Shown in pieces: positions 9,578 through 16,779 of a DNA stretch of 64,000 nt. The stretch covers positions 25,814 through 89,813 of the forward strand of contig JARGFP010000011.1 of assembly GCA_029210585.1 (NCBI GenBank), read 5' to 3'. The notes under the pieces were generated by a model, which worked only from the letters and a program-made list of their open reading frames with translations, had not been told where the DNA came from and made no database searches. The stretch comes from Bacteroidales bacterium. GTDB taxonomy: Bacteria > Bacteroidota > Bacteroidia > Bacteroidales > GCA-2748055. The translations under genes and the position numbers were made by a program. Numbering within the stretch: the first letter of the stretch is position 1; each line of letters begins with the position of its first letter.

Positions 9578-10471
9578 ATGAAGATAGCCAAGTATCTGTT
9601 TGTAACCATAATAGGGGCATGCATCTCCTTAAGTGCCTTTGCACAGCAGCCCAATACAAGCATTTCACAGGGAGGACCAGGAACAGCCCCAGATCCGAAC
9701 GAAATCGTCGATGTTTACGACAGGGTGAACATTACCCCTGATAAAAAACCAATCCCCTATCCCTACCTCCGCGAAGCCGATGTGATGTGGGCAAAGGATA
9801 TCTGGAGGATCATTGACCTGAGGCAACGGATGAATTATCCGCTCAGGTACCCGGAAACCGAACCTATCGAGGACCGGTACAGCCTCTACCTGTTGCTCAT
9901 GGAAGGAATACGCTCCGGCGAGATCACCCCATATGCCTCACAAGACTTCAATAATCCGCTGACAGAACCAACCACGCTGCAGGTGATCTACAACAGGATA
10001 GAAGCCGATACGATTTTTGACGATAACGGGAATCCAAGTGAAATACTTACCAATGGTTCTTCTGTGAAAGGATTTTATATCAAGGAAAAATGGTACTTCG
10101 ACAAGCAGCATTCAGAGATGCGTGTGCGGATCTATGCAATGGCACCGCTACTGATCACACCGAAGATCGACCCTATTACAGGACAGATGCTGCCCGGTGT
10201 AAACAGGATCATTCCTTTCTTTGTCTACTTCCCGCAATGCAGGAACCTGATGGCTACCCACACGGTGTATAATCCGAATAACGATGCCCAGGCCCTTTCA
10301 TTCGATGACCTGTTTATACAACGCAGGTTTGCAAGTACGATCGCACAGGAATCCAATGAGTTCGGCAACCGTTTCATCATCGATTATGTCACCGGACAGG
10401 ATGCACTGATGGAAGCAGAACGGATCAAGCATGAACTTTTCATCATGGAACACGACCTCTGGGAGTATTGA
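9578..10471 (+). CDS. gldN: T9SS/gliding ring protein GldN/PorN
   Basis: Signal-peptide protein of about 297 aa immediately after gldM. I prefer the ATG at 9578 over the GTG at 9575, which shares a base with the gldM stop (TAG 9573-9575). The call rests mainly on conserved operon order. Confidence 0.8.
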   Translation: MKIAKYLFVTIIGACISLSAFAQQPNTSISQGGPGTAPDPNEIVDVYDRVNITPDKKPIPYPYLREADVMWAKDIWRIIDLRQRMNYPLRYPETEPIEDRYSLYLLLMEGIRSGEITPYASQDFNNPLTEPTTLQVIYNRIEADTIFDDNGNPSEILTNGSSVKGFYIKEKWYFDKQHSEMRVRIYAMAPLLITPKIDPITGQMLPGVNRIIPFFVYFPQCRNLMATHTVYNPNNDAQALSFDDLFIQRRFASTIAQESNEFGNRFIIDYVTGQDALMEAERIKHELFIMEHDLWEY

Positions 10472-10488
10472 TTGCTGCCCGTTGGAAA

Positions 10489-10569
10489 ATATAAAAGAGG
10501 CTGTCCCGATCTTTTCAGACAGCCTCTTTTTATTCGTACCCCTTAAAAGCACCTTTTCAGATATGCAAT
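10489..10569 (+). repeat. 81-nt intergenic repeat, copy A (terminator hairpin plus a conserved downstream segment)
   Basis: Aligns with the reverse complement of 47641-47722. The shared pattern is ATATAAAAGAGGCTGTC-loop-GACAGCCTCTTTTTATTCGT-R-CCCC-variable-CCTTTTC-R-GATAT-K-CAAT. Confidence 0.8.
10493..10530. terminator. Bidirectional intrinsic-terminator-like hairpin between convergent gldN and manC
   Basis: Perfect 13-bp arms AAAAGAGGCTGTC and GACAGCCTCTTTT around a 12-nt loop. A-run on the left and T-run on the right. Confidence 0.7.
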
Positions 10570-10661
10570 GCTCAGAAATTCAGCTTTTCTTTTGAAACAC
10601 CCTCTTTTTTTTACGATGCCTGAGGAGATCTTCCCGTGCCAGGCTTCCGCTTCCTGTTAAC

Positions 10662-11756
10662 CTATATGAAGTGGTCACCCAGGTCCGCCCTGATGTCATT
10701 GACAAATTCCTTGATCCTTTGCTCCTCCTCTTTCTTGCAAATCAGTAACACATCGTCAGATTCCACTACGATGTAATTTTCCATTCCCTGCAGCAGCACC
10801 AGCTTGTCCTCAGGAACATTGATTACGTTGCCGGAAGAATTATAGAGGAAGACATGCTTCCCGGATACTGCATTTTCATGCCCGTCCACTTCCATCTGCT
10901 CATACAACGACCCCCATGTACCCAGGTCGGACCACCCGATGTCGGAAGCGAGCACATACACATTATCTGCCTTCTCCATGATGGCATAATCAATACTGAT
11001 GTTCTTGCACCGTTCATAGGTTTCAACAATAAACTGCTCTTCTTCCGCTGTACCGTAAACCCCGATACCCATCTGGAACAGCTGGTGTACCTCTGGCTCA
11101 TACTTTTCAAATGCTTTCATGATCGATGGAAGGGACCAGAAAAAGATCCCGGCATTCCAATAAAACTCCCTGCTCTCATAAAAAATCTGCGCCATCTCCT
11201 GGTTGGGTTTTTCGGTAAAGGTCTTCACCTTTTTCAGATCGATATTTTCATAACCGGGAACCTGTTTCTGCACAGCCTGTATATACCCGTATCCCGTTTC
11301 TGGCCGGCTGGGCTGGATTCCCAGGGTCAACAGGGCCTGCTTCTCACTTACAAACTCGAGCCCGCGCCTGACCTGCTCAAGAAACGCCTCCTCCTTGATG
11401 ATCAGATGATCGGAAGGGGCTACAATGATGCTTGCCTCCGGATCCTTCTGAAGAATGCGGAAATTGGCATAATCAATACAGGGAGCCGTATTCCTGCGGG
11501 AAGGTTCCAGCAGTATATTCTCCTGCGGAAGGGAGGGAAGCTGTTCACTTGTAATATCTTTGTATTCAGCATTGCTGACAATGTAAATGTTTTCCACCGG
11601 GATCAACTCCGTAAACCGGTCGAAGGTATGTTGCAACAATGTTTTCCCGGTGCCAAGTATGTCAAGAAATTGCTTGGGACGCTTTGTGCGGCTGAGCGGC
11701 CAGAAACGACTGCCGATTCCGCCGGCCATGATGATGGCATAATATCTGTTCTGCAT
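10662..11756 (-). CDS. manC: Mannose-1-phosphate guanylyltransferase-like nucleotidyltransferase
   Basis: N-terminus YAIIMAGGIGSRFWPLSRTKRPKQFLDILG is the classic NTP-transferase G-rich loop of ManC/CpsB-type enzymes. 364 aa. Confidence 0.85.
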   Translation of the reverse strand: MQNRYYAIIMAGGIGSRFWPLSRTKRPKQFLDILGTGKTLLQHTFDRFTELIPVENIYIVSNAEYKDITSEQLPSLPQENILLEPSRRNTAPCIDYANFRILQKDPEASIIVAPSDHLIIKEEAFLEQVRRGLEFVSEKQALLTLGIQPSRPETGYGYIQAVQKQVPGYENIDLKKVKTFTEKPNQEMAQIFYESREFYWNAGIFFWSLPSIMKAFEKYEPEVHQLFQMGIGVYGTAEEEQFIVETYERCKNISIDYAIMEKADNVYVLASDIGWSDLGTWGSLYEQMEVDGHENAVSGKHVFLYNSSGNVINVPEDKLVLLQGMENYIVVESDDVLLICKKEEEQRIKEFVNDIRADLGDHFI

Positions 11757-11978
11757 ATAAATTCAGGTTATTTCTATTTTAAAAATACGTAAATATTTAG
11801 AACATCCCTGCTTTAAAAATGAATAATATGACAACAATCAGATTCATGCTTGCAGGATCCTGGTGACAGTCACGTACAAATACCAACATATGCCAATTTA
11901 TCCGGGGAGTTAAAATGTTTGCAGTAACACAGGTCCCGGGCATTATGGACAGATGCAGATTATTTGTACTTTTATACG

Positions 11979-12722
11979 ATGCTGAAAGCACTGTCAAATA
12001 TCGGCAGGTACCTGGTGATGCTCAGGGCCGTCTTTTCAAAGCCCGAGAAGTTTTCCATCTACTACCGGCAAACCATCCGTGAAATGGAAGACCACGGGCT
12101 GGGGTCCATCGGAATCGTCGCGATTGTGTCTTTTTTTGTCGGGGCAGCCATCACCATCCAGACCGATTTCAATATTGAAAACCCCCTGCTGCCACGATAT
12201 ATCATCGGCGTAACTGTGCGGGACTCCCTCCTGCTTGAATTTTCTTCTACAATGGTCGGACTTGTAATAGCGGGAAAAAGTGGTTCCAGCATTGCATCAC
12301 AGATCGGAATGATGCGGGTTACCGAACAGATCGATGCCCTCGAAGTAATGGGAATCAATGCTGCCGCTTACCTGATGCAGCCCAAGCTCATTGCACTGGT
12401 GATCTTCCTTCCGATCCTTTGTGCACTCAGTGTTGCCCTTGGACTCCTGGGAGGATACCTGGTATGCCTTGTCGGAGATGTGGTACCGGTATCCGATTAT
12501 ATATACGGTATTCAATATGTGTTTTATCCCTATTACCTTGCCTATGCTATGTTGAAATCTGCCGTGTATGCATTCATCATAACAACAGTGGCCGGCTATT
12601 ACGGCTATCATGTGAGCGGCGGCGCTCTGGAAGTAGGACGGTCCAGCACACAGGCATTTGTCCTGAATTGCATACTCATACTGATGGCCAACCTCGTAAT
12701 CACCAATCTCATACTCCATTGA
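11979..12722 (+). CDS. mlaE: MlaE-family ABC transporter permease
   Basis: Multi-TM protein with a SIGIVAIVSFFVGAAITIQ segment and a RVTEQIDALEVMGIN motif typical of MlaE/YrbE permeases. I prefer the ATG at 11979 over the track TTG at 11964. Confidence 0.8.
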   Translation: MLKALSNIGRYLVMLRAVFSKPEKFSIYYRQTIREMEDHGLGSIGIVAIVSFFVGAAITIQTDFNIENPLLPRYIIGVTVRDSLLLEFSSTMVGLVIAGKSGSSIASQIGMMRVTEQIDALEVMGINAAAYLMQPKLIALVIFLPILCALSVALGLLGGYLVCLVGDVVPVSDYIYGIQYVFYPYYLAYAMLKSAVYAFIITTVAGYYGYHVSGGALEVGRSSTQAFVLNCILILMANLVITNLILH

Positions 12723-13468
12723 TCACACTGAAGAACCTATATAAGAAATTCGACGATCAGTATGTACTGAACGATTTGAACATGACCCTGGAAAAAGGAA
12801 AATGCAACGTGGTCATCGGTCAGAGCGGATCAGGAAAAACAGTACTGATGAAGTCCATCGTGGGACTCCTGGAAATAGATTCCGGCGAGATCCTGTATGA
12901 TGAAAGAAACTTTACCAGAATGGGGAAAAAAGAACGACAACTCCTGCGGAAAGAAATGGGAATGCTCTTCCAGGGAGGCGCCCTGTTCGATTCACTTACC
13001 GTCGAAGAGAATGTGATGTTCCCGCTCAATATGTTCACCAGTGACAACTACAGCAGCAAACTGAAACGGGTCGACTTCTGCCTGGAACGGGTGGGTTTAC
13101 GTGGGGTCAACCAGCTCATGACCGCGGAACTGAGTGGAGGAATGAGAAAAAGAGCAGCCATTGCAAGGGCCATTGCCCTGTCGCCCAGGTACCTGTTCTG
13201 TGACGAACCCAATTCCGGACTGGATCCAAGAACAGCCATACGTATCGATAACCTGATCAGTGAAATCACCAGGGAATATGACATCACCACGCTGGTCAAC
13301 TCCCACGACATGAACTCGGTACTGGAAATCGGCGATAAAGTGATCTATATCTACCAGGGATGCCAATGCTGGGAAGGCACCAAGGAAGAGGTGCTGCATA
13401 CCGACAATGAAGCGCTTAATAATTTTGTCTTTGCCACCCGCATGGCCCAGCAAATCAAGGATATCTGA
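12719..13468 (+). CDS. mlaF: MlaF-like ABC transporter ATP-binding protein
   Basis: Walker A GQSGSGKTV, signature LSGGMRKR, Walker B YLFCDEPNSGLD. Probable TTG start at 12719 overlaps the mlaE stop by 4 nt. The track ORF from 12419 is an artefactual upstream extension. Confidence 0.8.
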   Translation: MITLKNLYKKFDDQYVLNDLNMTLEKGKCNVVIGQSGSGKTVLMKSIVGLLEIDSGEILYDERNFTRMGKKERQLLRKEMGMLFQGGALFDSLTVEENVMFPLNMFTSDNYSSKLKRVDFCLERVGLRGVNQLMTAELSGGMRKRAAIARAIALSPRYLFCDEPNSGLDPRTAIRIDNLISEITREYDITTLVNSHDMNSVLEIGDKVIYIYQGCQCWEGTKEEVLHTDNEALNNFVFATRMAQQIKDI

Positions 13469-13491
13469 AAAAAACGGGGACATCCCCCCGT
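13468..13491 (-). terminator. Intrinsic-terminator-like hairpin (canonical on the minus strand)
   Basis: ACGGGG (13474-13479) pairs with CCCCGT (13486-13491). An A-run at 13468-13474 becomes a U-tract on the minus strand. Lies between convergent mlaF and the 483-aa barrel gene. Confidence 0.5.
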
Positions 13492-13622
13492 GGCTGTCAA
13501 TGGAAACAACGCGCTTACCAGATGGTTTTGCGCTTCCTGCTTTCTTCCATTTTCCCGCCTCTCAGTGGCAACCACCAGGCATGATTCACATAAGAAAACC
13601 GTGCAGCAGCCTGTTGCTGACC

Positions 13623-15074
13623 CTATCGGATCATCGGCCTGTCAACGGGCTTGCTGCGTTTCGAATACCTGTCCCAGCCAAAAGCCAGGTTCATACCGAA
13701 CCAAAAACTGAACGACCTGGTGTCCAGTGGCTTCAGTGCACCGCTGATGATGTTGTCGGAGATCAGGTACAAATTGAACGGTCCCACATTGAAGGATACC
13801 CCCGCCCCGATATTGTTGAAGTTGCCTGACATGTATGAATAGGAGAGGGAAAGATTGATGAACTTCCCCGTAGTCATATTCACACTTCCTGTAAATTGTT
13901 GCGAAAGGTTCTCGTTCAGGAAATCTGTCCGGGACAGCAAACCAAAGCCGATGCGTTCAACAGGATAATAGGATACCCCCACAAACAATTTGGTATTGAG
14001 CCTGGCAAAATAGGGCTGACCGGTTACAAAAGAAACCGCATTCCACAGTGAATCCTGTAATTCTGTTAAAAGGGTGGTATCCACACCGGTGAATGGATTG
14101 ACTTCGATTCCTTCAAAATCATATTCAAAATCAAAGGAGCCCTCGGCGGAGTTATTCCAGTTGATCCCGCCCAGATCCATTACTGATGCTGAAAGCAGCA
14201 GTTGCCTGAAGGGCCTGTAACTGATCCCTGCATCCAGGGCCAGCCCGAACTGCTGCATGTCAAAAACCGTGGAAACTGCACTCCTGGGATCAATCTGGTT
14301 GAGAAAGGTTGTATCAATCTCCACAGGCGATCCGTCCTCAAAATCTTCCAGGAACGTCACAAATGAAGGTCCGGCAACATTGAACTGCATGTCGGATTGA
14401 ACATTCCACACATCCATGGAGGTTGCGATGTTGAATTCCGAACTTTTGGTATTCAGGTTGGCCAGCCCGAAAAGTGCCTTTCCCCGGATACCAACATCCA
14501 GCCCGGGAAGGATAAAGTCCTTCCTCGACCATCCCAGGGAGGCTTCGGTGAATACATTGATGTCTGCCCCCAGACCACTCAGCGTGATCTCTGAACCATT
14601 GGGTGCACCGTTAAAAAGCAGGTCAAAGGCACCCCTCGGATAATATACATTCCCGTCTGCCCTGGCAGTCACATCAATGGAAATAAAACTCTTTCCTGAC
14701 CTGAAGCCTATCGAGGCAAGGGAGGTGCCCATCCCTGCGAGCAAATAATTGACATCATCCAGCTGGTCCAGAAACCCCCGCTTGTCGCCCATGGGGTGAA
14801 AGGGTGTGATCAGGGAATCAATCGAAGGGTCGGGATGCTGGTAAATCAGGTCGGACCACCCCAGGCTGCTCGAGCTGACCTGGAACCTGAGCGGCGCCAG
14901 GCCCGGGAAACCGAGATAAAAACCGCAACCCGGCTGAATGGATGGATTGATGCGGTTGGATTGCGGTACCCCAGGCATAAAATACATGGTATTCGGGATT
15001 TGGGCATTTCCCGGGATTGCTGTTGCCATGAACAGGATCCCCATTGCTATGATCATGTGATGTGACCTCTTCAT
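13623..15074 (-). CDS. Putative outer-membrane beta-barrel protein, function unknown
   Basis: 483 aa. Signal peptide ending AIPGNAQ. Alternating amphipathic Gly/aromatic-rich strands throughout. Near-terminal FWFGMNLAFGW beta-signal-like strand followed by a short basic tail. Third gene of a coupled operon. Confidence 0.65.
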   Translation of the reverse strand: MKRSHHMIIAMGILFMATAIPGNAQIPNTMYFMPGVPQSNRINPSIQPGCGFYLGFPGLAPLRFQVSSSSLGWSDLIYQHPDPSIDSLITPFHPMGDKRGFLDQLDDVNYLLAGMGTSLASIGFRSGKSFISIDVTARADGNVYYPRGAFDLLFNGAPNGSEITLSGLGADINVFTEASLGWSRKDFILPGLDVGIRGKALFGLANLNTKSSEFNIATSMDVWNVQSDMQFNVAGPSFVTFLEDFEDGSPVEIDTTFLNQIDPRSAVSTVFDMQQFGLALDAGISYRPFRQLLLSASVMDLGGINWNNSAEGSFDFEYDFEGIEVNPFTGVDTTLLTELQDSLWNAVSFVTGQPYFARLNTKLFVGVSYYPVERIGFGLLSRTDFLNENLSQQFTGSVNMTTGKFINLSLSYSYMSGNFNNIGAGVSFNVGPFNLYLISDNIISGALKPLDTRSFSFWFGMNLAFGWDRYSKRSKPVDRPMIR

Positions 15075-15109
15075 AAGTCTCTATTGTGGGTTAGCTAAAA
15101 ATTTCTTAT

Positions 15110-16777
15110 TCAAAGTTCCCTGGAATTGATGCGAAAATCAGCATCAATGGCCAGCTTGTAATGCAGCAGGTAGGAACTGTAGAATTTCACAGTGGAACCA
15201 CCGTTATCCGAAGTAACAGCCCGGGCCTTGAGCACCATCTTCCTGGCACCCTCCAGATCATCAAGCCGCTCTGCAGTAAGTTCCACATCCACCACATGCT
15301 CCTGCAAGGCGCTCCTGTCCAGCTCTCCCTCGCTGTTCACAGGGGCAGCATTCAGCAGTATCTTCTGTTCACTGAAAAGGGAATCCATTTTAACATCTGT
15401 TGCATCCAGGAAGTAGATCTGCACCGAGATTTCAAGAGGCCATTCATTGGTGGTGGTCAGCCTGAACAACGCCTCCTCCAGGAAGGACAAATTCATCAGC
15501 AAACTGTCAAATGCCATATCCAGCGTATCGGTAAGGGTATACCCACTGGTTTTCAGCCACATGGGAAGCATCATCTCTGTCTCTACAACCATTTTGCTGT
15601 CGTCAAGGAGGAAATTCTGACTGGTGGATCCGGGTGGATTGCCCGTGCTGGCACCAAATGAGAAATCGATCAGGTCAGGAACACTGGCAATCAAATCATC
15701 AATGTTACTGGTTTCCACGTTGAAATGCAGCTCTGTAGTTACCTCCGTACCCACCTGGTCCACAGTTGGAGCATAGATCTGAAAAGGGTTCATGGTAGTG
15801 TCCCTGAACATAAGGTAGGTATACAAGCCATCCCTGAACGACCGGGCCCGGAGTGTGTCTATACTTAAGGACAAGGGTACGCCAAAAGAATTGTGCACCG
15901 CAATATTGAACTGGGGGTCGGCAAAATAGATGTCCGGCACTTCGTCCATCTGGTCAAAAAAACCAATTTCAAGGGATTCCCTCAGGCTGGTGATGCTCCT
16001 TTCCGCAATAAAACCATAGACCACGTCATATTCAAGCGCTGAAAATTCACAGCGCAGACCTGCTTCTTCACCCGGCGATACCGGTTCAGGAGACTTGACG
16101 AGCGTAAGGTTGAAATTCAGCACTGTCTCAGCACTTCCGGATATCTCATCCATGGTGATCTTGTACCCCGCAAGATCATATGAGGTGGTATTATTGAATG
16201 TGCCGTAGGTGTTGCTTATCGGAAAGAAAATATCCAGGCTGTCACCAGCAGGGTCAATGATATTGCTGCTGGTCACACGCAATTCTCCCGAGTGCCGGAA
16301 CTGGCTGTAGGCTTCAAGGTCCAGGGACCCCGCCTTCACCATGATACTGTCGATGCGGTCTCCTGGTTCAATACTGAACTCCAGCAGTTCCCTCTTGTAA
16401 AAAGTCTGCTCCGAACCAACCGGCAACAGGTTCCAGGAAGCAACATTCACATCTGTTTCAAAATAGGTTTCCCTTACAATATGGTTGGGGATGGTGATCA
16501 GCTCTGCCGCATTAAGCGAATACGCCGTATCACTGTAATAAATATAGATCAGGCTGTCTTCGGTTTGCCCAACCAGTCCTGATGAATCATTCAGTGTCTC
16601 CAGGATGTCCTGTATGCTGAAATTCCCATAAGCAATGGGGGCAGCCAGGGAAGGATGCACTTCCACTTCATCAGAAAGACGATCCAGGCCAAACTGATCC
16701 ATGTAGCCATCACACGCCCCGGTCATCAGTATCAGGATGATCGCAGTTGTTGTCAGGATAATACTTTTGCTTCTCAT
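15110..16777 (-). CDS. Putative lipoprotein, function unknown
   Basis: 555 aa. Signal peptide with Cys (ILILMTGAC). No motif I recognise. Its start lies 2 nt after the stop of the upstream 919-aa gene. Confidence 0.65.
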   Translation of the reverse strand: MRSKSIILTTTAIILILMTGACDGYMDQFGLDRLSDEVEVHPSLAAPIAYGNFSIQDILETLNDSSGLVGQTEDSLIYIYYSDTAYSLNAAELITIPNHIVRETYFETDVNVASWNLLPVGSEQTFYKRELLEFSIEPGDRIDSIMVKAGSLDLEAYSQFRHSGELRVTSSNIIDPAGDSLDIFFPISNTYGTFNNTTSYDLAGYKITMDEISGSAETVLNFNLTLVKSPEPVSPGEEAGLRCEFSALEYDVVYGFIAERSITSLRESLEIGFFDQMDEVPDIYFADPQFNIAVHNSFGVPLSLSIDTLRARSFRDGLYTYLMFRDTTMNPFQIYAPTVDQVGTEVTTELHFNVETSNIDDLIASVPDLIDFSFGASTGNPPGSTSQNFLLDDSKMVVETEMMLPMWLKTSGYTLTDTLDMAFDSLLMNLSFLEEALFRLTTTNEWPLEISVQIYFLDATDVKMDSLFSEQKILLNAAPVNSEGELDRSALQEHVVDVELTAERLDDLEGARKMVLKARAVTSDNGGSTVKFYSSYLLHYKLAIDADFRINSREL

Positions 16778-16779
16778 AG

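Noticed and set aside
12419-12718. A 100-codon N-terminal extension of the mlaF-like ORF in the track, overlapping mlaE.
   Set aside because: The extension lies entirely inside mlaE in another frame and is Cys/Arg-rich nonsense. The ABC domain begins right at the TTG at 12719, which overlaps the mlaE stop.
11979-13468. mlaE-mlaF without an adjacent mlaD (MCE) gene.
   Set aside because: The substrate-binding component may simply be encoded elsewhere in the genome. Absence from a 64-kb window is not evidence of absence.
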